Made by a program: the position numbers and the translations under genes | The notes under the pieces: generated by a model | What the model saw: only the letters and a program-made list of their open reading frames with translations | What the model was told of the DNA's origin: nothing | Databases searched by the model: none | Shown: piece after piece, positions 10,841 to 26,700 of the stretch | Numbering within the stretch: position 1 is the first letter of the stretch | How the letters are laid out: each line of letters opens with the position of its first letter | Assembly (NCBI RefSeq): GCF_964355755.1 | Contig: NC_092675.1 | Coordinates: forward strand, 24,710,912 to 24,774,911 | Length of the DNA stretch: 64,000 bases | From: Antedon mediterranea | Taxonomy: Eukaryota; Animalia; Echinodermata | Direction of reading: 5' to 3'

Positions 10841-13523
10841 GTATATTATTCATGTTTTTTTATTTTTGTGACTATTTTTTAAATGATAATAAAAAATATG
10901 TAAAACTATTTGTGTTTTATTTTATTACATATCTTTAGTGCATGTTTTTGGGTTGTTCTGTAAATTAAGACAAATTACAATGCAATTTTTGAAAATTATT
11001 AGGAAATTAAACAAAAAATATTATACTGTATTTATAAATATTCAGCTCACAAACTACATTTATTATTATTAAATTCCATTGCATTGATTATATTACTGTA
11101 TCATGTTGAGTTGCTGATTGTGAATCAGCAAAAGGGATCCTATAAAAAGCTTTCAAGGATTTACTATTAGTATTAATAATTTTGGAGGAATAACACTTGA
11201 CTTAAATGTTGTTGATTGCGTTATCTGTTAAAATGTTATACTTTTCGGTGATTTCAGTAAATCTGTTATTACAAACAGTTTAAAATTAAAATTATTTTTC
11301 CTTTAATTCATCAGAAATAAGTTAATAATATTATGTACACTAAACTCAAAATTTCATACATATGCACATTATAACACATCAATACAGAATTTCAGTTGAT
11401 ATTATCTGCATTTTTGCTGGGTATGCTTGTCACCAGTCACTTCTTTGAGTTGATATGCATATGAAAGAAAATGGAAGCCTTGCAATCATGCCACAATAGT
11501 AATGATTTATTTTATATAATCTGTAGTACAGAATATAGCATGCTCTCATTTTGAACTTTGGTTTACTTTCTTCCCTTTTTTGGTATGTTGGATGTTGTCA
11601 TGTTGTAAACATTTTGTCATGTTGTAAACATTGCTCATAAGGTTTGTTTACTGATTTCTTTTCCAATGGTTGTCTGACTTTCTGCTCCATATTTGTTAGA
11701 ATACATTGGTTAAATCTCTTCTTTAGTCACAATATTATGCTCTCTTGTTTGTGGAGATACATTCCATAGCACCTCCATCATGCTTTCCCTCTTATTTCTA
11801 TTTCTTCTTCATCCATGTTCATTCATTCAAAGCTGAATTGGATATTGATTTACACAACATGTTGAAACTGTCAATAATGTCATGTTATTCGTTCCTTATT
11901 CTCAAGTATTTGGTTTATGGTTGGTTATATCTTCAACTGCACTGATTATCCCTGCTGTATAAAAGTGGATAATTCTACTTTAATCAGCACTGTGTGTACT
12001 AAAGTAGAATCTAGCACATACTTGTGTCTTACTGGGTTGCTAATTTCTGTTATTAAGATAGAATGTTTAATTTAGAAACATTTTAGGACTGATAATAAAA
12101 CTGCTAGATGCCTTCCTGCCTAATTTTGCAAACATTTTTACTTATAACTATATACCCTTGTAACAAATGTCCTCAACTATCCAACAACCAACAAATTAAA
12201 AACTGTGTTTTAACAAAATAAATTAACCAAAGAAATTTGACAAAAAGTACTTCTCTGAAGCGGTATGAAACTATTAATTGATTCACAATCAGATTTCATT
12301 CTTTATTATGTGGTGCTTAGCAGACTCATTCCAGAATTACAATTCACTGCAACATATTATTTTAATATGATTATTATTCCTTTAAAAATTGCTGTTGCTT
12401 GAAAATAAGGAAATAAGTGAAAAAAAAAAATCGAAATTTTAGTTAGATTTATCATAAAGAAATTAAGAAGTCATTACTCATTTTTTATATGTTACAAATA
12501 TTATTATTTAATAACTTACTAATCATTTTAAACCTTAATTTTATTTCACCTTTGAACTTTGTTATTGTAAGAACATGAAAGTTAAGAAAGAAAATACTGT
12601 ACTTTGATTTAAATGACTTGCTATAAATTGTCATTTTTATATTGCTTTTTTGCTATTATGAATACAACAAGAAATAAAAGGTTAAAAGATAATCAACAAT
12701 ATATAAATCAAAAAGCGCAATATCCTGTGTTTATGTCTGTTTTCCCCTCAAGACTTTACATTACCACCTGATAACACTGTTGAGGAAATAAAATGGTATG
12801 GGAATTAAGTTTACATCTTTGACTAGGATTAACCATAATAATTGTTTGTAAGGAGTGATCACCTACTGTTGGCTAATTATTCTGTTGTTAAAAAACATTT
12901 TACTTGTATGCTAGTATCATTGCAAATTACAAAATATTAATGTACAGTAATCTGTTCTGTGATTGATTTTTCGAATTTCTTGGTTTTTTTTTTCTTGATG
13001 GGAGGGAATTTTTATTTTATGGATATACCCAAACAAAGTGCTACACAGAACATGTTTTTTAAATTTTAAAGAAGAAAAAAAGGGTTTTTTGCTTCTTTTA
13101 TTGACAATTTGAAATGATGCCAGTGACCACACATATCTATATCAATGTGTAAACCCCTAAATGTTGTTTTCAATACATTAATTCATCTTACTGCAGTTTC
13201 ATAGTAAGAGTTAATTTATAATTTATATTTTGCATTAAATTTAAGAATCATTATTCCTCATAAATATTCTGATAGATGATTTTGTTTTATTGATTCAAGT
13301 AAAGTAAAATCGATGACTGTACCTGTAAAGTTTATATGACAATGTGTCTTTTTCATATGTAATTCTGTTATAAATCTCAACTCATATAACAGCATTACAT
13401 TTCAGAACTTTACAGATTTTACAAAATTGTATTTATTATTTGTTTGGTGTTACTCAATAAAACATCAGCATTTTTAATACAAGATATTATTTAATATTTA
13501 CAAAAATTATTTGTTTTATTTAG

Positions 13524-13684
13524 AAGTCCCAGATGTGTTGACTGTCCATGGATGTGAGGTTTTCAGAGCTTGGAATGGAGAGGCTAGATATCTTCAATCA
13601 TTGAAACTTACAAAGATAATAGCCAAGAATATTGATACAAAGACAGAGATAGATAATAAAGAACAAGAAGAACAGATAAAATAA
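13524..13684 (+). CDS. TMA16: TMA16 last coding exon
   Basis: (E)VPDVLTVHGCEVFRAWNGEARYLQSLKLTKI...K* resembles human EIPDIL...FREWD. AATAAA about 90 nt downstream. Confidence 0.88.
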
Positions 13685-16600
13685 GTAATCAAGGTGATGA
13701 TATATAGAAATATATAATAATTCTAATATAAATACATTTTACTGCATTTACTACTGTTGTACTGTACTTTGGGCCTAATAAAAATAAGAAATGTTATACT
13801 GGATAGATTTATGATCTGTTTATTGTTGTTTTAATTAGTTTATGAGGAGGACATTGTACATTCATTATAAATCTCTGTCTGCACTATCAAACTTTATTAT
13901 TCCAAACTCCGGGTAAATTCATTTGGTTGTGGTGTACAAAAATTCGTACAAAAGGCAAGCACAAGCACAACAATCATAATAGGCCTAGATAGGCTAAGAA
14001 GGTAGCGATGCCATTTACGAAACCTCGACGGGTAACTGAAACTCATCTAGGCTAATACTGTTTTTTCACGTCTTGTAGAAGAGATGTTCCCTTAAATTAA
14101 TCAAAATCATGCAAACGATCTAAAGCTAATTTTAATGCGTCTAAACATTACAGTACATATACAGTATCTCTCCAAAAATGTACTTCCGTCGCGATACGAG
14201 ATCACATTCCATTCATCGCGGCGGAAGTACAAAATAGGCGGCGCTGTTGGATTTTTAAAGTAATGCTTCGTACACGAAAAAAAAAAACCAAACTACTGTA
14301 TTAAACGACCGTTGCATGCCATGTGATCCACAATCAATTGACAGGAATTTATTTAGGCGTTATATACAGTAATGTCAATAGTAGCGGGTCACGTGAAACC
14401 ATTGCATGCCGTAAGAATATTGAAATCGCAAGGAAGTGTAACTTTGAACCAAGCGGAGGAAATCAACTTAAAATGCAAATGCAATGAAAACTGAAACGAA
14501 TTCGTATCAATAAAATGACCATCACAAGAACAGACTACATCAAACATGGTTAGACTTACAATGATGTGTCTATCTTGTTCACGCCCGAATTATCACCGCT
14601 ATGTCGCACAAAATCATCTTCCTTTCGTTATAATTACTGGCTAGAATAATTGTGAATAAATTATATTATAAACTATCAATATTTAAAATTCGCATTGCTC
14701 TGCGTGGGAAGTGATATGTATTTTATTTAGTTGTGCGTAGGAGTTACTTAAAAATCAGTTGGACATGACATGTGTGAATAGTCAAACAACATCGAACGCT
14801 TATGTCAACTCGCATCGTAGAAGATAATTTGCGTTTAATCTGTACCCACTTGACCAACTTGCATAACTAGTATATGTAGGTCTATGATTATAACTAAATA
14901 TATAAAACATATTTAACTTTATTTTAATTTAGACTTATTTACATAATAAAAATTATAGTTGTTGTTAGGGTAAGTATTGCATTACATCCATAGAGTTGAA
15001 GTTAAAGCGGGAAATGATAAGGAAAGAATGATGGATCAACTACCAGTACTGTGGTGTGCAACGCATATCTACACTGTATCAAGTACAGTACTTCTCCAGA
15101 AATTATTATTTGCACTTGTTAGATATTTTCAATTATATATTATAGGCCTACTATTAGTTCCTTGGTTACAATACAGATAATTAAAATATGTATATATGTA
15201 TTATTTTAAAGGAAAAAATGGGTATGTTGTTAAATGTATGTATCTGATTTTAATTAGCACATAAATTATAGTTCTTGGTTTTCATTCATTCATTCATTCA
15301 TTTATTCAGTCAAAATCAACATACAATACATGTTTACATAACAATGTTACAATACAGAAAGTTAAAACTTGAGACTCACAATTAAAAGGAGGAAAAAATG
15401 TTATAAACAATCTAAAACAATGCAAATGTCTAAAAAAATGGTTTAAAAAAGGTTTAAAATAGCATAAAAAACAGCATTAAAACGGAAACCGTTCAGAACC
15501 TTTTAGTTAAAAAGTCATTAAAAATACAAGTTATTAAAACAATAGAATATTAAAAAGCGTTCAGTTAAAAAGTAAGAAACAGAATAAAGTTATAGTTATA
15601 TACAGATTAAGATACATATGTGTGTATGTATGTATATATATGTATATGTGTATTATGTATTATTATTATTATGTTAAAGAAAGAAAAAAAAAATATGTTA
15701 TTAAATATATATCTCTGGCTAATTTGATTAACACAATTATATTTAGTTAGATTAGTTACATAATTGTGGAAAATACAGCATTTACTAAATTAATTATTTA
15801 CTTTAAAAAAAATGGAATTAATAATTTATAGTTTTTAATATTGTTTGATCACTGTAAGTTACTTTATTTAAACGTTCATATTACTTTGATACAATTACTT
15901 TAAATTTAAGTGATTTTTTGTTATGGTTGTATTTTTTGAAATGAATAAAAAAAAAGAATAAATAAAAAAGTACGGTACTTCTCTTAATCGATTCTTTCAT
16001 TTTCATCATATTCGTGACAATGCCTTTGCCTATTTTATGCTATGTACCCAACCGTGGGTATTTTTTATTTTCCATCAGTTCCATATCTCTTGATAACTTT
16101 TTTTTGTTTTTTTTTTTTTTTATTCAGTATACATATGCAAAAGAAAAACAAAACCGACACACCGGTGACATGAGGCAAAACAAAATAAATAAAATTCTTG
16201 CATGCATGCATGTCGTGGCAGATTATTATGAATTACTTTCGGGTCAGTGTCGCAAATAAAAGCACCTGTAAAGTAGACGGTGAATATGCTTTAGTGACGC
16301 ACCCTCTCGCATTTTTGACAACCGGCCCGTTGAATAGAAACATCGAATATAACTGCAGTTTATTAACGAAATAACCAACAGTAGGCCAGCCAATCAAAAA
16401 TGTTACGGATACGTTGTACTTATAATATTTGTTAAAATATGAAATACACTGAAAGATGGCTCAACATGACTCGAATACAAATAGCAGTCAACACTGTGTT
16501 TCACTGATTCAACAATGATTGTAATTTGAATTACTAATATTTCTTTACCTTACGACTTTGATTTTGTAGTCATATCAAGGGACCTCGTTTAGTTAAATAT

Positions 16601-17424
16601 CGATTTGACTACGTTGAAACCCGTGTAATATAGAAGGTACGGTTAATATAAAATACTTCATGTATCCATTTGACTTTAGATCAGCTCAATATTTTCAAAT
16701 GGCCGTTAGGAAGCATTACGAACTGCATTGCCGTAAGTGAAGATTTCGTTTGCATAACAATTCCATCGTAAATAACATTCCATGCCGTTTCAAACAAAAC
16801 TACAATTAACATCAAGGTACAAAAATTAAGGTGTAATGACTAGTAACAGAATCGCCATCACTTTTCCCAGAAATTCAAATTATTACAGTGTTATTACGTT
16901 TCAATATAATGTACAAAGGCTGGATATCGTTTTTCAAAATAAAATGACAAAGGGAATTGTATATCGATGCATATGTTCGTGCATTAAATTTCGTTTAGAA
17001 TTACATTCATTATGTGTATTGCACTTAATGCAAACAATAGATGTGTCAATACATTCACAATAGACATTCATAAAAAGAGCTGTTCAATTGTGTGCTTGTT
17101 AAACGATCTCAAAGCAATGATTTTTTTTTTGTCAAGACAATAATAGGTGCCAATTCTTTTTTTTTCAATTTGTTGAATTTTCACATAATTACTCACTTTG
17201 ATGTGCGCTAAATAAAACACAAATCTAATGTAGAAAAGCTAATAATAAAACAGGAAATGGAAGAAAACTATTCATTCCGGGACTGAAGTATGGTATGCAT
17301 TAGAATTATTAAGTTAATGATTATCTACGCAATAGCTTACAAAAGTTAGTATAATGTAATGTTTTTTTATATACGCAGAATGATCTTTTGCCTGCCATAA
17401 CGAACTATGTAATGTTCATTAGTA

Positions 17425-17516
17425 TTAGTCTACAGCTCACTATATCGGTCGGTCTGTCGGTCAGTAAACACAAACTCAAATTTGTGCACGCGATTGCAGT
17501 ATATATGGCCTTGTTT
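17425..17516 (+). mobile_element. HINE/DINE-1-like element copy
   Basis: ctacagctcactat.tcggtcggtc...gcacgcgattgcag..tatatggccttgttt. Confidence 0.6.
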
Positions 17517-17629
17517 ATATTATAGCCTATGGGCTAGTTTTTTTAGTTGTTGATATGTATGTATGAAAACGGAATGCTTTTTTGCCAGTTTGAAGAAAAG
17601 GATTCAGAGAATATCGAAATGATCTTTTT

Positions 17630-18150
17630 TCAACCTTGCAATGTATTCGTGGGTCTACATCCTCTCCCTCCTGAGAGGAATAAATAAGTGCTCCATGCTT
17701 ATAGCTATCAGCTACCGGTGTGGCCTACGCTTGCTTCCAGACATTCAAACTTAGCATAAACACAATGGTGAACACACTTTTGAAACGATGGCTTATGCTG
17801 ACGACATCCGGCTATTTCCCGGTTAAAATGGTCAGAAACCGTGGAAAATCTTTATTAATTACATCACGGTAGAAACGCTACTTCAACATCTCCTCAGCAT
17901 TAACACGCGATTGCAACATCTCTGAAATATGTGGGTACAAGGATACACTGACAATAGATTCTGTACATCCCTCTGTGCCATTACGGACATACTGTCCTGA
18001 CACACTTTTCAATAGGCCTTCTGGCCAAATAAATTACGAAGAAGATTTATTTTCTTGTGTATTAGTATGGCTTGTAATATTTTTCTTGTATTTTTCTTTT
18101 TGTAACGAGTTATTGAAATTGATTTTGATTAAATTAATGAATGAATAAAC
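17630..18150 (+). mobile_element. Possible decayed non-LTR RT fragment
   Basis: FETMAYADDI motif at about 17780-17808 in a GC-richer patch ending in an AATAAA-containing tail. Other motifs are unclear. Confidence 0.35.
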
Positions 18151-20663
18151 GCACGTCCATATCAAGAACGCTTTGACTAACACGTGCTGTTAATATCATA
18201 CTGTCTGACATTTAAATATTTGATTCTACTATGAATGGAAAATTACTGGACTAATTTTAATCAATTTTGGTCCTTATATCTGATGCCTTCTTATCTTCAT
18301 TTAGAGGGTGTTCGCAAATTGAAAATGTGTCTCTTGTTTGATGATCATGTCTAAGCAAACCATGTTTTTGTCATCTGAAAGAATATGTAGATCCTGTAAT
18401 TTAGGTCTCAGTCGCTGATTGATTCCACATGTCACCCTCTCTAAATTTAATTAGTTAAAAACTACGATATTTTACAGTTTTCAGAGTCCTCCATGTATGG
18501 GTATACTTACTAGAGGGAGTAGGAGCAGCAAGCGAACCCTCTTGTTTTTTTTAAATTAATGCTTGTGTTTTTTGTTACATGGCTTTATGTAACGACCAAT
18601 ATTTGAAAAGTCAATTAATTCATACATACAATATCTTTAGAAATAGTTTTTAATGATTACGCCTTGATATCGCATTAAAATGCACATACCAGTATATGAG
18701 CATCGGAGTCAAAATTAAACGGCATATAACCAAACTAATAATAATGAACATCAGTTTGTTTATTATCCATTCGACGTGATACAGTATATTGTATTATCCT
18801 AAGGGTATTATTACTTATATTAAAAAAAGATGAATTTGATTCTTAAGCAGATTACCTTTTTTAAAATACCATATGAATACAAATTGTCAGTGTTACTTAC
18901 TAACGGAAGTGTGTAGGCTTAAATGAATGAACCAAATAATATTATTAAATCATTTTCTAAAATTCACAACGTTGTTGCTTGCATCGTCAAACCGATATAA
19001 ATATCATTCAAAGTATTTAAAATTTTATATCTCATTTACATACTTATGAATAGACTGTAGTTATAATATTGTCTGCCTTTGGAATTATTGTTCATTCTTG
19101 ATAATGATCAAATATTAAAGATCGACACGTTGAATCATGGCTTGCCTCTTGTAATTTGGAGTCAATTTTATACTTTTATATTTATTAATAATTATTAATT
19201 ATTTTTTTTAGCAGTGTGTGGTTGTTAATTATATACTATTGGAATGTCAATTAACATAAACTACCATGTTCTGTTTTGAATCACCTTTGTATAGATTAGA
19301 TGCTGCTTTACGACTCACTTACAGGTTGAATCATCCAGGTACGAGAACCTCTGACCGCAGTGAGACTAGCATGACTCAATCAGGCTTGCACATTCATACT
19401 CAGCTAAATCCAAGTATTGTATATATTTGATTGTATAATATCGGGTTTTAGCAATCTCATTGGTCGAGCAGCACAGCATCTCACTAATCAGTGTGTATGC
19501 AGTATCTGAAAATTTTTTCAGATCAGATCTAAGCAGGAATTGGCGTATGTCACGTCTTATGTTGCTGTTCGTTTATCAATACCTACTCTTGAATTTGGTA
19601 TGATATTTATGTACGGTTTATTTAGGACGTAATATAATAAACAGACGGTGTCTGTTCACCATTGTAATCGTACTCTACACATCGTGATAGCGGCGTTATT
19701 GTTCATCTCTAAACCTTCTCGGAATCAATATTATTCCAATTGTATAGCTGTGAGTGATAGTAAGATTTTCGAATTAACTTTTAAGGACGAGAGTTGAATA
19801 TCAATGTAACTGTTCATCTATTGTAAGTAGTCATCGTTGTTATTACATTTTTAATTATTTCATTATTATAACTAGTCATCTAATCTAATACGTCAGATAA
19901 ATCTATAGATATACTTAGGATTGTCATCCCCGAATTTCATAAGAAACAAATGAGACAATATGCATTTTCGCTGCGAATGTGTGATGGATTCCCTAACTCT
20001 TGAATAGTGTGGAATTGTAGGTTCTATTTTAAGTGAATGAATATGTTTATATCTTGACCTGCATGAATTAATATTATTTATTTGGCAATACAGCATACCA
20101 TTTCTACGAGTAGTAAGACCCAGCAGAAAAACTTAACAAAACTATACTGAACTCAAACACGAACACAAACTTTGTTGTAAGTCGACAGTGCTTCAAAGTG
20201 TCCTTAGTCGAGATAATAAAGGATTTCTTCGATATGGTTGGCTTTCAATGCTATTTGCGTTAGGCAAGTCAGATATGACATCTTCATTTTTTATTTGGAT
20301 TTGTCGAGCCTACTAATACATTAACATTAAACTCTTTTAATTTTCTAAACGTATGGGAAGGCCATAGAATTGATTTGATTTTGTATTGTAGTTTTGTATG
20401 CCAAAAGCCAGGCTTTTTGTTTTTATGAACTAACGTGAAAATTAACATAACGTGTGATGTACATCAACATTCTTTCTGTATCAATTGTATGGTTGTATGT
20501 ATAAAGGGTTATTATAGGTTATTTATGTTGCATTTGTTTGTTTACATGGTTGTTGGACAAAAGTAACAATATGGATATTTGTTAAATCTGTTCGTTTTAA
20601 CAATTTGCTAATCGAGCTGTATTCTATATATGCCTACTATCAACGGAAATTTCTAATGAATTG

Positions 20664-20775
20664 TTTTTAATCGCGTGAAAACGCTACTCTACAGCTCACT
20701 ATGTCGGTCGGTTGGTCGGTCGGTAAACGCTAACTCAATTTAGAACACGAGACTGCAGCCATGTATATGGCCTAA
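20664..20775 (+). mobile_element. Helentron-associated (HINE/DINE-1-like) element
   Basis: tttttaatcgcgtg subTIR, (gtcg)n microsatellite, 3' hairpin gccatgtatatggc. Paralogs at 17425 and 35035. Confidence 0.65.
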
Positions 20776-23700
20776 TTTTTAATATCACAATTACTATTAA
20801 AGATAAGATTAACTTAAATTAAAAACTGAACATGCTAAATCAGCATATAGATTGGCAGATTTAGTGTTTGTATGACACCCCCGACTAGATACTCATAACA
20901 TCATCGTTTATAAATCATTATCTATTTTCTCTATATTTAGTTGAAAATATATATCATATCCTAGTCTAGGGTCTAGACCGAGATTAGTAAAAGGATAAAT
21001 AATTTGGAATAGGGTTTACTTGAGCTCACTATATTCAGACAAAAATCGGTGGACTTAACAGACATGTGGTCTAATTATATTATCATATCCATGTAAGGCA
21101 TATAAAAATATAATACATGCCTATAGACGGTAAGGATGAGTGAAAGTGAGAATGAGAAAAGCTCGTCCAACCAAAATTCGATCCCAGAATCCTCTGCTTG
21201 ATGTGAATAAGATAATGATGGAAATAACGACAAGAGTCACGTTCCATAAAACAATACTATAAACAATATACATCATTAATTAGATTATGTGTTTTGCAAT
21301 TATTACAGTTTCAAGTCCCATGACATGGTATACAATCATACTTGATAAGTGTGGTGTGGTAAATATAACGGTATAGTACAATAATGCAGTAAACATCATC
21401 TAATTGTGGATTCAATTATCTGTTTAAAATTTATATTACGTTAATCAATTGCGTCGTAGGAAATATTCTCAGTGAAACCAGCTGTGGTTCTCAGCATTCA
21501 TCTAGGGTATATTTTAGACATTAAAAATAGCAACATTGGCAGTATCCACTGTGTGCAATTTATTGATTTGTAAGTTTCAAACAATAAAACACAATTGTCC
21601 AGACTGTCTCATATTCCTTATTGACTCCATCGTGATATTTACAATACTGATTGGAGTATTGTTGGCGCACCTTGATGTAAACATTTTTTTTCTGGATAGA
21701 ATATTTATTTTATGGGAAGACTTCCGTATTTTAATAAACTCAATGTAGTAAAACTACATTCATATTTCGGATTGACTGTAAGGGTTATACTATTCTGAAA
21801 TTTATATCAAGGGGGTATATAAACTCCTAAAATAACTGTTATAATTTGTGTGATCTCAATGCAATTTCTCCAGATATTTTGGATAAACAAAGTAAATAAA
21901 TAAAATAAAACATTCCGATATGTATTCAATTCAATTTAATTCAACTTAACATTTATTTCTTCCTTCAAGAAAATGAGGTAAACATAATAAATTCCAGTAA
22001 AATTTATAACAAGGCAATTGATGATAAAAAAAGTATACATTTATCAATAAGAGGAAGTAGGCAGTGCCAAAGAAGATAGAAATCTTGTGGCGGTCCAGCC
22101 TATTTACAGACACAGGTAAAGCGGATTAAAATTCAAGAAAAAAGGATTCAAAATACAGGACACATTCATGTATTCTGCTACTATATATATTGCGATAATG
22201 TAGAACAGAAAACATACTAATATCGGTCCGTTTATAATTTGTTTGGTAAGTGAAATAAATTAATGAGTAACGCCTGGCAGATGCCAATATCTTTTGGATT
22301 TTTAATAGCGCCCTCTATTGTTTGATGTATTTTCAAAACGTTATAGCCCCCTTTATAGTTTGAAAATAAATTTATTTAAAAAAAAAACCTCCCGCTATTC
22401 CATTTTAGAAAAATTGCATAAATTTAATCAACACTTAAAAAAATGTTTAGGCTACAACAGAAAAGAAAAACCATGGTAGTTGATAGGTAAAGTTGAATTG
22501 ATATAAGCTAATAAATATCATAATATGGGTTTTACATGGTGATGGTTCACAATAATCTATTGTAGATTTTACCTTGACCTCTCCGTACTACTCTACACAG
22601 TGGCCCTTAGGAGAAATATCATTTTGAATCAAAATAAATTGACGTAATCTATAACGTTTAAACATAAAAAGTAATGCAAAAAAATATATAACACACGCCA
22701 CGTAAGTAAAGTACTCAAACGTATTATATTCTCTTCTATTAAATATTACAAAATAATGTTGAAATTGGCAGAATAAAATGAAAATACAATTGTGACCTAG
22801 TTCATGTGCAAGATAAGATAAAATTTAAATATCACGTTTTTAAAAAAATAGATCCAATCTGTAGTGTACAAGAAAGAAATTAGCCCACTTCATACCAGGA
22901 CGACGTAAGCCGCAACGACAAGACATCTAGACAACTGGTGAGATACCGTAGTCAGTTAGAATCTAGTGACAGCGACAGAATCAGCTATGAGAATTGGTTG
23001 GTATTTCAAAGATTCTGACTTCAAATGTTGTTCTTATTCATTTATAAAAGTTACATTTCTTACCTAGTTACAACAAAAACAGTTTGAAGATTAGGGAAAT
23101 GGCGAGATAACGCCATGTTTGCCGGCACATTTGTGATTTGCAGTTACTGAGAAGAACATAAAGTGCTAAACGGATGTAGTGAATTTTCTCATAGGTAACA
23201 TCAACCTTTGTTATCACAGCCAATAACCTGTATGTGAAAATATAATCATTAATTTACACAACTTCATTAATTAATATCAGTTGATGTGTCTTAGAGTAGG
23301 CTGACATTACAGACTATTAAAGCTTTGCCACTCTTACAGTGAAGGATCTGAAATCTTGTTTACAGAAACCCACAAAAATAAATCCGATAATTCTAAATTA
23401 TACTGTAATATCACTATTTATAATCTTTACTTTTGTCAATGTCAGGACACAAAGGCCCTAAACGCTTTGAAAGTAATATTGATGCATCAATGATAAATTA
23501 CTGACAGACAAGTCAGTCGCCTACACTCGTTGTATGACGAAATACATTGAGTGTCGCGCTCATTGATATCCGATTGATCGATGCTCTGTTGTCACCGATA
23601 ACATCATTAACAATTCATATCTTAAATCTTCTCAACAGCCCGAACTCATAATTATTATTATTAATTATAACCATAATTTGTCGCCACTCCAACCTTTTTA

Positions 23701-26700
23701 AAAGCTGTTGAACCTTTCTTTTCTCGTTTAAAAGTTCATTTTAAAAATAATTAACATGTTTTAGTCTGCTATACTACAACGTGTATAAAGTGCAAGGATT
23801 TTTTATTTTAGTACGCCCTATCCCCACCCAAAAATGTAAAAAGAAATGGTGTTTGGGCTAATAGTTAATTTACAACATAGCTATACGCGTAGGCTACGTA
23901 ATTAACATTGTCTAGTCAGATTACACTATGTTTATACAATATAATGTGTGAGGAGATGTGTATGTGGATTTAAGGCAAGTGGACCTAATGGATCATGCCA
24001 GAAAGTGTTTAAAAAAGTATATTCACTCTTTAAGGGCGTTTGGAGTTAATATACATTATCAAAAGGCTGAAAATAATGACAATACTGTTGGTAACAGTGC
24101 CTCGATCTAAATGGAGATACAAAATAAGCAAACAACTAAATCAAAACGATAGAGTGTTTTGATATATTTATATAAATATTATTATTTTAATTTAAGATAA
24201 TAGTTATATTCCATTCATAAAACATCTTCTGTATCATATACATCTTATAAAAATATATTGCAAATTACCAATTTATTCGCACACCTCGAGTATGATTATT
24301 AAAAAGGAAATCATGCGTATTTTACCGTAAAATCTAATTAGATTCATCTAAATTAACATTTTTATTCTGACATCATCAGGAATAATCACATATATCTCTC
24401 CACGATTTTCGTTTATACATTATTTATTATAAATTTGTTAATTATATAAAATAGTTGGTTATACTTGGTGGTTTGAAATTACTCTGATGACCTATGACAT
24501 ATTCAACTCCAGAATAAGCTGATTGATTATGTTATCATTACTTGCTAGCTACGATCTTACTTATTAACTTTTTAACGTAATGGTTGCCTTATTTTTGTTA
24601 ACATTCAACTTATGAATTATGCATTTAGCTGCTGGCTATATCGACGCTAGATTGATTATTGATGACTGATAGCCAAAGTAATGATGAAGCACAAGTAATA
24701 TCATGTATACAAATATACACGTCGTACAATATTATACTATACATACTATACTAATGCAAAATGTTAGTACAGATAAACTTATAGTGTCAAATACGTAAAC
24801 GACATTCGTTGTTAGTAATGATCAGTTCATGATGTCAGGATGTACCCCGAAGAGAAGCGGGTTTAAAATGCTGGTTAACAATACTTTACTTGGCTGTTAC
24901 GATATTGCTTTACTATTTTAGTTCCGGGTTGCGTAAACTTTTTCGAAGGCTTTTATAAGAAAATCCGAGAGATTGCAAGTTAACTGATAGTACATAGCTT
25001 TCGGGTGTGGTACAGTTTCCCAATGCTTCCGTCCTCTTGAAGATAACTGCCTAAAGACGCGGCGCAAAAAAACACAATAAAGTTGATGGGTTTCGAACCA
25101 AGGGATCCAAAAAGCTGTAGGCCTAAACCCATTCAGACAAAGATCTGGCTTTCAGAAAACTGTTGATATTAAAAAAGAAATAATAGAAATTTGATTCCAG
25201 GATCTACCCTTTAAGTCATTTTCCATCGTAACGCCCTGATAAGTAGTCAACCAAGCATTACAAGCCAAGAAAATGTATTCTCCTCCTATAATATCTTTGG
25301 CATGACGTCGTTCATTGGAATTGTCTGAACTTGCTAATTGTATCAATTATGCAGTGTTATTTGTTTAAAGTTCTTGATAAAAAATTAATTAAGGCACATG
25401 CCAGTACAGTAGAATGTGTACAATTATGTAGTATTATGTGATGTTTAGAGTTGAAATAAAATACATTAAAGCAGTACTATGGCAAGCAATTCTAGAATAT
25501 CAATATTGCTGGTTCTAAATTAAATGTTTTACAAAAAATGTCTTAGTTGCAATATAATCAGAGCAGCTGGTAGTTCAAGGAGGTATATAGATCGATTTCA
25601 CACCAAAGAAAAGAATAATAACTTAAAATAATAAATATTAATTTTGTTCATAATTAAAAATCAATATTCACCTGCTCAAATAGGAATCTATAATTATAAG
25701 AAAACAGACCTTAATAATTGTATGTTATTGGACCAAACTCTTAAGCCTAGTAATTGTGGGATTTTGAGTGAATTATTTTGTTTGTAAGTAATTTAGGAAA
25801 TAATAGTTTTAGAAAGCTATTTTCGCTACATTAGTTCAGTTCAATCTAGTTCAATTTGCACACTTCTTCTTCTTAAGAAGATTATTTATATATTCATAAA
25901 ACTAATAATACCATAATCTACATTTATTTCGAATTTGTATTAATCGTGCCATGAATGTTTGGTTTCATTTTACTTACATAACATGGACTAAATATATCTT
26001 TTCTATTGTTGTTGAAGTAGAAGTCATCATTATAATTTACATGATTCAATCTGGTATTTATAGTGTATGTTCTCAAAAATGTATCAGAATTTCAATTTAC
26101 ATGTTATTATCAAATTTTCAGTAATCAAAAATTCGTTTTAGATAGGAATTAAAGTTATTTTCTTGCCTTAACTTCGTATAATGAGTATTCATTTTCGTGG
26201 ATCTTCTTAAAAAATCCTGAATTCAATTACAACTTTAGTGGAAAAGTGAGTAATTTTTGTTGAAAGGGTTCATATTTTTAATTTTAGTAATCTTAAATAG
26301 AAATATTAAACCTTTAAATGTCACAATGATTAGGTCTTTGAAAGAATTGGTAGGCAATATTCGAGAATATTTAATTTTAATGGAGAAACAACAAGCAGGG
26401 CGACGTGCATGTCAAAAGATTAGTAGAATAATTGAATTTACTTTAAAAATTAAAAGGATAAATAGATCTATTTAAAGTATACTGTAATGCATTTCTCTTT
26501 ATATGAATATTTTCCATATCCATGTATTGGAAGAAAAATACTTGTTATATCTTTACGCAAGTTTGTAATTGCATGCAATACCATTAAATGCGTGAGGACT
26601 GAATTGTATTTATTTTGTGACTTTTTATATTATTATGGTATGGTAATTACTTCAACTAAACTAAGAAGATAGACGTCAATATAATAAATATTACCAGACC

